Positions 14,701 to 28,326 of a stretch of DNA of 64,000 bases are shown one piece after another. A program made the translations under genes and the position numbers. Below the pieces are notes generated by a model. It did not search any database and was not told the DNA's origin. It worked only from the letters and a program-made list of their open reading frames with translations. Origin of the DNA: Yuukianura sp. NJ FZ-2021 (lineage: Eukaryota); assembly GCA_046563655.1 (NCBI GenBank), contig CM102286.1, positions 2,108,001-2,172,000 of the forward strand, read 5' to 3'. Numbering within the stretch: the first letter of the stretch is position 1; each line of letters starts with the position of its first letter.

Positions 14701-17700
14701 GAGTGAGTGATCTGATGGGGATTTTTGCCTTAGGTCAAACTATTCCCCTCTCAAATGGAAGTTCAACTGGCTTCAAGGCCACTCAACCTACCTTATACTA
14801 CGCTATTTCATGTCTACTTGCCATACCTGGTATGGAAGGACAATGAAAAAACTTTAGTCTGCGTGCCTCCCTTTCCCACTTCTTTCTTCAAAATCTTGTT
14901 TTTTTTCATTGTCTGAACCACTAAAGGAATCGGTTGGGAAGGAAGAGCGTTGATGTTTGAATCGTACTGGGAAGATGCTGGTCGTTTAGGCTTAAGCTTA
15001 AGGTTAGACATCGCATCTTACGCATTGTCAGAGATGAAGGTCTAGATGCTGGTTGGACTTTGTGAGGGAGGTATACTTAGTAGTGACGCTGGACGCTTCT
15101 GAAGAGATGTTATCCCGAAGGCATTTATTTGTTGCAAGATGAGGTACTTTTTGGCATTCCTTCCTCTTCCCTATCCCAATACTTGGAGAATAGAATAAGG
15201 AAGAGGGTTGGATATCCCTAACCTAAACTATATACAAGCTCAAGGACTCATCTTTCGAGTCCTTAAGGCTAGCAAAAGAAAAAAAGAACGAGAGATCCAA
15301 TGGTAACAATAGGGAGATTGCGTTATAAATAAATTATAGGGTTCCATGTAATATGGTCAAAAACAATTTGGTCAAATATTGAAAAGGTCAAAACGTGAGA
15401 AGATCGAATATAAGAAAACCTAGCCTACTATTTGTAACGGTTGACATTTTCAGCTTTTGAGCTGTTCACTTTTTGATCCAATTATTTTGACCTTTTCACC
15501 TACAACGAATTATAGAATTTATGAATTTCACTTTTTAGGATTCACCGTCTATAATTTGCATACCTGAAACAAGTTTGGAAAGTGACGTCATTTAAAAATT
15601 GACCAATCGCTGGAGCTGTAACATAAGTTGTAGCAGCAGCGGGCAGCAGAATTTTCCGAAATTCCATAATGCTTAAAGCGCAAACTCCCTATTAAGATGA
15701 AAATGAAAACTCAAAGTGTAAAATGGGAGACCTTACAGAGCATAAATGAATGGCCGATGGAAATTGCAGTTATTGCAAAAATGAATAAAATGGAATCAAT
15801 TAACTTTTTTTTAACTTTAACTGTTATGGTTTATCACACTTAAGTTTGTTCTTGTGACTTTTAGGACTTGGAGACGCCTGGTACTTCAGACACTGCTGGA
15901 GACGATGGACGGAAAGACGAAGACAACATGGAGAATGGCTATGATAAGCCGGTCTTTACATCCTCATCCGCCACAACTGCCGTTGATGGTGGTCTTCTGC
16001 ATGCGAAAACGACAGAGTCACTCGAAATGGCTTTCCCAGAAACAATCAATTTCTCAGCACAACCGATTAAGATGGAAACGGACACCAAGTATGAACAAAT
16101 CATTTCGTTTTCGGCGGCATTTTGTGCCATAGCGCCAAAGAACATGAAATGCGAAACTTGATTTATGATTTTGAACTATAATTTGAAAATGTGTTTGTTT
16201 TAGTGCCATTTTGTCCCAATCGGTAACGTATGAAAATGGATCCAAATCTGGAGATGTAATTCTGCGCTACAATTGCACCGACTCGAGTGGCTGGGACAAG
16301 CGGAAAAATTCAAAAGTCAAATGGACGATTGACAAGAATCCGCTCAATGCACGCATTGTCACGACAGATACAAAAGTAAAACGGAACTAATTGCAGTTAA
16401 TGATAATTAATAACTTCTACAATTACTTACTTAATTCATGCAATTTATGCTTGATACTTGCAGTACATGTTTCAACAAACATCGGAAGTGGCTCAGTTGC
16501 TAAACGACGTTGTGTACGACCTGGGTTCAAGCATAACTGAGTCATACTCCCTTGGTTCACCTGCCGATTTACGAGAGGCCAGCACGGTATGACTCAAAAT
16601 TGAAACTCTTCTGTTTGTAAAGAATAAGTTTTCAAAAAACTTTGTGTGCAAGGTGCAATGTGTTTGAATTTGAAATTATGCTTTGTCTTTATGTTAACAG
16701 GCGGATGTGTACGTTGGGCGAATAAGAAGCGGGAGTGGGAAGCTCAGCGCCGGTGCAGTTCTGCTGGAGGGAACAATGGAAACCAGTGGAGGACATATCA
16801 TCTCACTCGACCTGTCTCATCTAGAAGAGTACTTTATCTTCCCTGGACAGGTTAGACATTACATCCACTTTTAGGATGCACTTGCTACAGTAACATTACT
16901 TAAACAAAGGAAGTAACTACTGACTCGTAAGGGGAGAAGAACAATAAGATGACATGTTAGGGGTAATTTTTTGTGTATACCGTAAAACTTCTAATACAAG
17001 CCCGTGCCCGGACTTATATTTATTTTTCGCTCCTCGCGCCTCGCCTCGCCTCAATAACCGGCTTTTGTTGGAGGTCTGAACTTCTATTTAAAAAGTTTAC
17101 TGTCTGAATGTGAACCCGTCATGTATGAGAGATCCAGTTTTTATTTTTGACCGACTTTTATTTTAGACCGACTTTTACTTTTGTAACGACTTTTATTTTA
17201 GACCGACTTTTACTTTTGGAACGACTTTTATTTTACAAGGACTTTTATTTTAAAGTGGCTTTTATTAGAAGTTTTACGGTAGTTGTATTGAACCGACAGG
17301 TGGTAGGCCTAAGTGGAATGAACCTGCATGGCAGATGTATACAAGTATCGAAAGTCTACATCCCGCGTCCACTTCCGCTCCACGAGGGCAGAATTAGCAT
17401 AAACACGGTAACAGGTGAGTGGCGTTGAATAACATTAAAACTCAACAAACACGCTCAATGTTTTAGCAATTAACGTAAAAATCCAATTGTATAATTCTTT
17501 TTTCTCTTTTGTTTTCTAGGGCCGTTGAGTGTTCTCATTGCAGTGGGTCCATTTACTCCAAGAAATTCGTTAGACTTTGAACCATTGTGTGACTTGCTAA
17601 ACGTTATTGACAACACGCGGCCTGATGTTTGTATTCTGATTGGTCCATTTCTGGATTGTTCACATCCGATGATTTGTGATGAAAAGAAGCCATTGAAAGA

Positions 17701-18500
17701 ATCTTATCCGAAGATGTTTACGAAGCGACTCACAGATTTGGTCAAGGTGGTAGATAACTTTGACAGGCCGACGAAGATAGTGCTTGTGTCCAGTTGGAAA
17801 GATGCGCATCATCATCCTGTGTATCCTACTATTCCTTACTTGACTGAAGAGTTAGTAAAATTAACTTTTGATTTAAAAAAATCGATAATTAGTAAAAATA
17901 TTTTGACTCAACTGGAGTTTCAATTTTTAGGTTCCCAAGTATCGTGTCAATTTCGGATCCTGGAACGATCTCCATTGGCGGAATTCTGTTCAGCATCACA
18001 TCTACCGATATTCTGATGCACTTGAGCAAGAATGAGTTAGCACAGTAAGAATAACAAACTTTTTGGATTTTGGAATGCTTGAATTCGTTAGTTTTAAAAC
18101 CGAAGCACATGAAAAATTTTGAATTTTTTTTTTGCTATGTAGTTCGTCAACTGGCAGTGACAGAATGGGACGCTTAGCAAAACATATTCTTTCCCAGCGA
18201 AACTTCTACCCGCTTTATCCACAGGATGAATCTGTTCCTCTGGACGCCGAACTCTGGGGCAGCTATGCACATTTACAAGCAACTCCGCATGTACTAATTC
18301 TGCCTTCAGATCTGCGACATTTCATCAAGGACGTGGAGGGGACGCTAGTCGTTAATCCTGAACGTATCTCAAAAGGGAACTCCGGCGGAACCTATGCTAG
18401 ACTCCTTATTGACCTTCCGAATAATCCTGAAGATAGCACAGGAGTCGGAGATGGATCTCCTATCACGGAATTTGTAGCCGGAGAAATTGTTAAGATTTAA
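8704..18500 (+). CDS. POLA2: DNA polymerase alpha subunit B (5' exons tentative; conserved core 16204-18500)
   Basis: YMFQ, VGRI..GKL..VLLEG..LDLSHLEEYFIFPGQVV, IAVGPFT, PDVCILIGPFLD, DAHHHPVYP, HILSQRNFYPLYP, PHVLILPSDLRHFIK, VVNPERISKG..GGTYARL; putative exon 1 MASTLNSTGQE (8704-8736) splices in phase to exon at 15865. Confidence 0.85.
10729..10940. mobile_element. Tc1/mariner-type MITE
   Basis: Perfect 25-bp TIRs CAGTGTTGTTCACAAAAAAGTAGAC / GTCTACTTTTTTGTGAACAACACTG flanked by TA on both sides. Confidence 0.85.
11985..12162. mobile_element. Degenerate MITE, same TIR family as 26704-26882
   Basis: Left end TA-CAGTAATACCTCTCATTGCGCAACA shares ACCTCTCATTGCGCAACA with 26711; degenerate inverted right end near 12139-12162. 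Confidence 0.5.
15350..15497. repeat. Foldback/MITE-like inverted repeat with GGTCAAA subrepeats
   Basis: GAAAAGGTCAAAA (~15381) and its exact reverse complement TTTTGACCTTTTC (~15485), periodic ggtcaaa / tttga units. Confidence 0.5.
16980..17279. mobile_element. TA-flanked MITE in POLA2 intron carrying an internal 17-18 bp minisatellite
   Basis: TIRs CCGTAAAACTTCTAATACAAGCC / GGCTTTTATTAGAAGTTTTACGG (1 mismatch), TA at both ends; CGACTTTTATTTTAGAC-type tandem repeats 17140-17250. Confidence 0.85.
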
Positions 18501-19133
18501 TTAAAGGTTAACGTCTTAGTGTGATTACCAGATTAAGAAATGAGATTTCAGCCTAATATTTTTGTCAAAAGCTACCGGTAAACCATACCGACGTTTAAAA
18601 TAAAATATTTGCAGTGTATAATCCTCTTGCTTCGTTGGCTTTACGATAGTCTAAGCCCAGTATTGGAAACCACGCTATTATTATCACTGTTCGAAAATAT
18701 AAAATGCTAGTACTAGGTCAATTGAGGTCAATCAAAAAAAAAATTCCAAACGTATAGCGGTGAAAAACAAAGTCAGAGTTTCGAGTTTGTGGTTTTCGCC
18801 AATGTAAGGTATGCTTAAAAATATTTTGACTTCCGTCAAAAGTGTATTCGTTTGTTAATTATTTAGTTAACTAAAATTTATACTTTGATTAGTTGCCCAA
18901 TGCCCATGAGGGTTTGCCCAGGCGGTATGACGGCGTGTAGGTATCTACGTGTCAGATTCTCATTTGAAATTCGGATGCCTGGGAAACCGGTGAAATCAGC
19001 TGATACTGAACCATTAGGTAAATTATTGAATTTACTACTGTCACTACTGTGACAAAGAGAGGTCACGAGAGGTCATTCTTTGTTGAGCTTATTCGGAGAA
19101 AAGTGTCAGAGGAGTTGCGGGTGGAAGGTTCTA

Positions 19134-22100
19134 ATGCGAAGAGGATTAGGAAGGCTAGGTCAGCTATTTAGTGTAGCCAATTCCGGTGTAGTTGAAACTT
19201 ATCAAGCTCCTCCAAGGACTTGTTTTTCGAAGCTCTTGTTGAAAAACACTACCAAGCGCAGCCTTGATATACGACAACAACGGTAAGCTATCAGTTGACA
19301 TTGTCAACTTGACAAGGTCATCACTTGTTGCGTGGTGTGTTTTGTGGTGGGTGGATGCTTATTTAGTGGTCGCGGTGTAGATGATTGTTACATAGCAAGT
19401 GGTGGGCTTATCTTCCAGTATATTACTCCAGCTAGTAAAGCTAACCACGAAATTTAATTAAACCAAAACCGACTTGTTACATCAATTCTTTCTGCATTGT
19501 AGGTTTGTGTCCACAACTGGAGTACTTTGCAGTTCAACTCTTGCTAATTCACAACCTCAGCCGGAGATTCACTTTCAGAAGACAGGAACAATGGCATCTA
19601 CCAAGACGAATGACGAGGATGTTAGCAGATACGTGTTGCCGTTGACCCAGCCTGTCGTGTCCCTCGATTGCGATGTTGCCTTCAATGGGTTGACGAGCAA
19701 AGAGAAACTGTATGCTCACTATCTGAGCCAGGCTGCTTGGTATGGAGGACTCGTCGTCCCTGTCCAGGTAAAAAATGGCTACGAAATGTTTGAAAGCAAC
19801 CTATACAATTACGTTTAATTGTCTTCTCCAGACATCTCCAGAAGCTCCAGCCATCTTCGCCATCTTGTTGGATCTGTTCAAGTCGAACGGCGTTGAAGGA
19901 CTGAAGGAGATTGCGCTGAACCAATGTGGTTTCGCCGAGAATGACTGGAAGGTAAATTTTGTTAATCGCTAAGTATACAAAGAGGTGATGACGTCAACAT
20001 TTCTTGAAAAATTTCTCTTCGATTACAGGCACTTCTTGTTTACACAACCGGAATCTTCTCCAATGCTGGAAACTACAAGAGTTTTGGAGATATTAAGATC
20101 ATTCCCGGAGTTTCCGTTGACTTGGTCGATGCTCTCATCTCAAAGGCCAAGTTCCTGGGAATGTCCGCTGATGAAGTCAAAGAAAAGTGGGAAGCTGTCA
20201 AGGGTAGAATGTACTCTCTGTCGGACCGCGAAAAGCAACTTGGACTTGGGGACAAGGTAAGGTACACAACTTCTATTGATTCTGAGATTTCACTGAGATT
20301 TTATACCTAATTATTTCACTGTTTCTGTTCACAGGGAATCACAACTTATTTCTCAGCGAATTGTACTCAAGAGGACTCTGACCTGGTCAATCGCTTCATG
20401 AAAGACAGAAACATGGAGGGATGGATGACCCGTGTCTTCAAAACCTCCAACGGTGCAACAAATTCTTATGAGGCAAGTTTTTAAACGTTAATGGTACATG
20501 AAGTTCATGGTCCGGTTTCATACTTTCTTCAGGGCATAACTTAACGATTACTTTTATTTTGTGTGGATAGATTCGTACCGCTGCAGTCAACACTGGAAAT
20601 CCTAGCGGCCAGGTTTATGATTTTGAAAATGCAACTTTCACTCTAACCACCGGTGATTATTCGCATCTTATGGAAGAAGTTTGCAAATATCTGGGGAAAG
20701 CGAAGGTAAGATACCAAATAACATTATCGTTCTTCCACTTCGAAAATTTTTATCTTCACTTTGTAATAATATTAATGCTGAACTTTCCAGGAATATGCTG
20801 CTAACGATACTGAAGTCCAAATGCTGGACTGTTACATCAAAAGCTTCAAGGAAGGATCATTGGAAGAGCACAAGAACGGATCCAGATTCTGGATTGCCGA
20901 CAAAGGACCAGCTATTGAGACGTAATTTCTAAATTCAATTGAATCAAGTATTAAGTAAATGACCTTAAAAAGGCGAGGATTTTAAACTTTGTTTCTGTTC
21001 TTCAGCTACATTGGTTTCATTGAAAACTACCGTGATCCCAGTGGCATCCGATCCGAATTTGAAGGCTTTGTGTCCGTTGTGAATCGACCAATGTCAGAAA
21101 CCTTCCAAGTGTTGGTGGACAATGCTATGCATTTTCTGACTCTGCTTCCCTGGCCAAAGGAATTTGAGAAGGACACGTTTCTCAAGCCAGACTTTACCTC
21201 ATTGGACGTCCTTACGTTTGCAGGCAGTGGTATTCCAGCAGGAATCAACATTCCAAACTGTAAGAACTACTCATGAATTAATTGCGTACTGATTGATTAA
21301 TCGGAAAGCGAGCTTAACATTTACTATGTTTTTCTCTGAATATTAGATGACGAAATCCGCCAACACGAAGGATTCAAGAACGTCTCTCTGGGAAATGTGA
21401 TTCCAGCAAGCTACAAAGACACTCCACTTCCATTTCTCTCTGAATCAGACAAAGCTCTGTTCAACAAGCACCGAATGATTGCGTTTGAGGTAAGTTCTAC
21501 ACAAAAATAACTTAACTACATTGCAATATTTTGAACTGTTGCATGATTTTTTTTAACTCAGGTACAAGTTGGGCTCCACGAACTCCTGGGACACGGATCG
21601 GGTAAATTGTTCAGCCGAGATGAGAACGGAGTCACCAACTTCCCTGACGGCTTAATTAACCCCGTTACCAACCAACCAGTAAGTGATAAAAAAATTGCTG
21701 AAACATACCATGCACTTCAGTTTGGCATTTTTTGGTTTGTTCCGATTTTCAGGTGACAGGAACCTATGGACCGGGAGAAACTTACAGTTCCATTTTTACG
21801 TCTCTCTCTTCTGCCTACGAAGAATGTCGAGCAGAGGCAGTGGGAATCTACTTGTCTCTCTTTGACGAAGTACTCAAGTAAGTGTGCAACACCTTAAATG
21901 GAACACTAAACTCAGTTTTAAAACTTTTAACTATTAACTTTGTTTTTGAAATTCAGAATCTTTGAACTGGAAGGTGAGAAGGCCGAAGAAGTGAAATACG
22001 TCAACTGGGTGGCTATGGTTTACTCTGGAGCGAAGTCCCTGGAAATGTACCAACCAGAGTCAAGTGCCTGGATGCAAGCTCATTCCAAAGCTCGCTTTGT

Positions 22101-22721
22101 CATTTTGCAAGTTCTTATTGAGGCTGGGGAAGGACTGGTCACCGTCGTGGAAACTGTGGGAGAAGATGGAAAGCCGGATTTGCTCATTTCTGTTGACAGA
22201 TCCAAGATCGACACGGTCGGAAAGGAAGCCATGCGAGTCTTCCTCCAGAAGCTCAATGTAAACACAATTTTTCAAGTCAAAACGTTGTTTTTGAAAAAAA
22301 TTGAATAACCAAGTCCTAATTTTTAAAACTTAGGTGTACAAGGCCACAGCTGATATCAAAGATGCTTCGACCATGTTCGAAACTTATGCTGCTGTGCACG
22401 ATGATGGACCACACCCTTGGGCTAAATGGCGCAGCATCATCATGGACAAGAAACAACCACGAAAGGCTTTCGTGCAACACAACACTGTCGTGGATGGTAA
22501 TAATTTTCATAAAGTTCGACTAATTTTAAGAAACTTCCACTATTCCACTAAGTTTAATAATTTGAAATTAACTTTGATATTGTTTAGGGGAATCCGTTGT
22601 GCTCAAAACGTATGAATCTTCGCATGAGGGCCTTATCCAATCCTGGATCGAACGTTTTGAGGGCAATTCGGTCTACAAAGGACTGGATGCTTGTTGGCTC
22701 AAGGACAAACCATACTTCTAA
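19134..22721 (+). CDS. DPP3: Dipeptidyl peptidase 3 (peptidase M49); long isoform ATG 19134, short isoform ATG 19591
   Basis: [47 protein letters not shown], catalytic [13 protein letters not shown] (~21564-21602) and [15 protein letters not shown]; stop TAA 22719-22721. Confidence 0.95.
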
Positions 22722-23207
22722 ATACTTCGTCAATCAGTCACTAAAGTTCGTAACTCGAACTATACTTTTCCAAATTCATTTCTTTTGCTGCATAAATTGA
22801 ATACTTATATTATACAAAACAAAATGAAAAATAAACAGAAATAATCTCACATTCGTTCCACGACGTGTAATTTATTAACAATCGAAGCAAACATCGGCTT
22901 CATTGTCAGTTTTTTAAAATGTAGCTTAACAAAAAGTCGAAAGTGGGTAATTTATGAAGTGTACCGGAAACTGACGATTCACCGATTTTGAATTAATTGG
23001 TAATTCAATTTCCCTTGAAACTTTATATGAACTATTAACAGTATAGCAAAATACTAAAGTAGAGCTTCAGTTTAACTAACTTTTGGACATTTGTGAAACA
23101 AAATTGATCGAGTTGTAACAATAATAGAGCTTAAGCCTTGCGATATTTAACGAAACTTACGGAACTAATGGAAGGTAGTAAGGAATTGTTCACTGCAGTT
23201 TTGCTTC

Positions 23208-24883
<1,676 letters not shown>

Positions 24884-25528
24884 GTTTAATTTGAGGTGTT
24901 ACCAGTCACTGATACTGAAAATACAAAAAAAAAAAACAATTTAAAACTGATTGAAGACTGAAGAGTCAAGGAACCGTTATGTCCAACTCCAAGGTCAAAG
25001 ACTTTCATTCAAACGCTACTTAGCATTCGTTTTAAGTTACCTCTTTTTCTTAGCCCGACTCTAAGCAAAATGGAGGACAAGCGAGAGCGAGAATATGATT
25101 CTCCACACAGTTTCACCGACTTTCCTGATCACTGGATTTTACCAAAATAAAACGGAAAGACGTTTCTGGAAGAACTGAGCAAAAAAATATCAGGCGGCAG
25201 GGCGGCACAAATGACAAACGGAGAAAAACAGACAACCAAGACCAACAGAAACAGACAGGACTAATCTCCCGCTCAATAATTTGAAAATTTTCAAGAGGGA
25301 AACCTTGTCTCACCTTTAGAAAAAACATTCAAGAAAAGAGCACGCAAAATTTTGGAGCAATAAAATTCTCATAACAATACATCCTAAAGTAATTCGTTAA
25401 TTCTCTAATTAGACATTGTATTTGTATTTTATAGTTTTTATTCCGATATAAAGCTTATTTCCTCACCAATGACAGCTATTTAAACTAAATTTAATCAATT
25501 AACAGCTAACAATTAAAATTACAAGGCT

Positions 25529-28017
25529 TCATAAGAATAACTGATCCTCCGACAGTACTTTCGACTGACCATGGTGTTCTTTTCCCTTATTCCTTCGATA
25601 CTTCCCGTTACCATGGACAAGGTGGATGTGTCTCCGGAGTGAACTGATGTTGCAACACCGTTCGTTACATAATTTACAAACGCTGAGAACCCGGCTAGAA
25701 TCATGAAACCGGCGATTATGTTTTGCCAAAGCCCGGTTATTGGGTTCTTCCTTTCCACACTCCGGACAGTGGACTCTGTCTGCGTCTTTGTCTGCAAGGT
25801 AAAACCGTCGTCGATGTTTCCTTAAGTTGTCTACTGTAAAGAACTTCTTGTCACAGTGTCCCTTACAGGCATATTTCGGTTCAGCAGAAGGATGGTGCAG
25901 CAGTTCAAAGTGACGATCAAGTCTTTCTTGACTTTTGCATCGAGTTCTACATAACTTGCATGGGAACCACTCCTGCGGTACAATGGGTTTTCCATGTTCA
26001 GTTTCCATGTGTGTCGCAAGTTCGTTTGTAGAAACACAACTGAATCCGCAATCGGAGCAAATTAGTCTCATCGTGTCTACTGTGTTTTCCTTAACAAACT
26101 CTTGGGGATGAACGGCCTTCATATGGACCCGTAGAGCAAAGAACCGCGAAAATGAATCGGAACAGAACTTGCAAAAGTAAGAATTCGGTGTACCCTTAGA
26201 GGTATACGCTCTGCCGGAGCTTTGGACGTCCATGCCCGACTGTTTCATTTTGAGTACAGCTTCTCTTTGCCAGGAGCCTGGAACGTCGTCCATTAAATCC
26301 GAAGGAGTAAGTATTGCTGGACTGACATCCTTGACATCTTCCGATTCTTGACAGACTTCGGGTTTGACTTCGGTCTTAACTTTTCCAGTAGCTGCGTCGA
26401 CGGCAATTCGTTTCGGAGAGTGTACCGACGGTGCCAAATCCAAAACGTTCTTAGTAGCACCTGAATACAGGATTCGTTCCACCCGATGTGTCCCGCGCCT
26501 ATACGTAGCTCTCGAGTAGTCCCCATTGTCTGCGTGAACCCGTAAGTGGTGACGACGTACAGCTTCTAGTCGAGTAAATTTCTTCCCACAAAATTGACAT
26601 TCAAGCTTCTCGTTCTCAGTCTCAAAATGTAATGCGAGGTGACGTTGCAAATGATACCTGTTAAGAAAGTTGGAGAATTAAAACCCAGAGAAAACTTGAG
26701 GAACACTGGAACCTCTCATTGCGCAACATTTTCGTATTGGCTGGTTTAAATAAAACTTAGTTCTGAGATATTGGACCCCCACGAAACACAAGTTGTTTAC
26801 ACAACTAGAATTCCTGGAATAAGTTTTACACTATCGCTTCAGGAGTCGGAACTAAAATGTTTCGCAATAAGAGGTTCTACTGTATAAGTATTTTGAACAC
26901 TCACTTCCTAGTTGTTTGCAACCCGCATATTTTGCAACGAAAAGGATTGTTATCTATGTGCTTCGTGAAATGTTGTATAAGATTCTCCTTGTGAACAAAC
27001 CGGGCATGGCATACGTTGCATTCAAGTGTTTTCAGTTTTCGCCTCTCCTCCACTGCTTTATGGAGTTCCATATGCTTGGCAGTATGCTCTTCTCCATGTA
27101 ACTTCTTCCGACATATCTTGCACCTAGTGAAGGTATGCATCGCTAAATGGCCCGGCATTCTCCTTAAACCGGATACACGAATCCCGCAGGTAGGGCAAAC
27201 ACATTTTGCAGTTGAACTTGGTTTCCGCTTATATACAGATTCCCTTTTAATTACTCTCAGGAGCCTCCTCTGTTGATTCTTGATCAATCGTTTTAAATCT
27301 GGTTCTACTACTTCGTTGGTGCCGGACTCAGCAGCGTTACTCCTATTCCCTTTAGACGTTGAAGAGTTCGTTCTTTGTGTTAAACGTGATCGAAGCTGCC
27401 TTATATAAGATAGATCTGTCTTGATGGATTCTATCTCTTCATGGCTTAGTCGTATTAACGTAACATTTAGTGCAGGAAAAACGAATAGAGCAGCGTCACA
27501 AGTGTCCTCGAATGGCTTCATAGTTATCTTTGGAACGAAAAGTTGCGGTGATCCAACCTGGTTAATCGTCACTCCACACCTATTCTGACAAATAAATTAT
27601 TGTTAAACTGGCTCACTCAACATGCAAATTGTAAACTGTAACTTGAGTATAGTACTAACTTGTCATTGACGTAAAACAGTTGCGTATCTTCCTGCAATTG
27701 ACGGTGATATTTGTCAACGTGCAGTAGATATTTAACTTTCGACGAAAGGAAAACGGTGCAGCTGGAGCACTTATACCATAGGCCCATGTTTGAGCAGATG
27801 CTGTCGGTAATGCTGAAACCATGAAAAACGATTGTATTACGACTTTATAAACGTTACCTCTCCATAGTTAATTACCGCACCGATTTGTGCAATACCGCAA
27901 AAGAGGCACCGCCGTGCCTCCTTTGTCGTCGAGCTCCGTTACATGCAGATTCGTCACGGTCACAGCATGTTCGATTACCGTTTCGCCTTCCAGACTTTTG
28001 TGTGTTTTAGTTTTCAT
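25529..28017 (-). CDS. Multi-C2H2 zinc-finger transcription factor
   Basis: About 10 CxxC..H...H fingers across ORFs 26901-27572 and 25529-26650 plus upstream exons; start at MKTKTHK is tentative. Confidence 0.8.
26704..26882. mobile_element. pogo/Tc1-like MITE in zinc-finger gene intron
   Basis: Left CACTGGAACCTCTCATTGCGCAACATTTT vs reverse complement of right end CAGTAGAACCTCTTATTGCGAAACATTTT; TA after right end. Confidence 0.7.
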
Positions 28018-28326
28018 ATTTGCAGCACAACCGTAGCTAAACTGACGATCTGACTTTACATTAAATTTATAAACTACGAAAGCGAACTCGAAAACGGAAA
28101 ATATTTCTGCTTGTTTACATTCCCTGCTGATCATAAGATTTTACTTTCACCACGCTTGAGGCTTGACTAATCCTCAGAATAGTCGGACATTCTTTATCGT
28201 CCGTCGTCGCCCAAGCGTCGGCTGTTGCCTAAAATACTGTAAGTCCTCCAATAAGTTTTGTTCTGCTTCTTCTGCATGCCTCCGAGTACAAAAAATGTTT
28301 GTATTTGAACACCATTTCAACGCCAA

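Noticed and set aside
15095..15125. CTGAAGA..CGAAG resembling a hammerhead ribozyme core
   Set aside because: Lacks the GAAA core and convincing stems I/III
17147..17428. ORF with repeated DFYF / RLLLL peptides
   Set aside because: Read-through of the intronic MITE minisatellite into a real POLA2 exon
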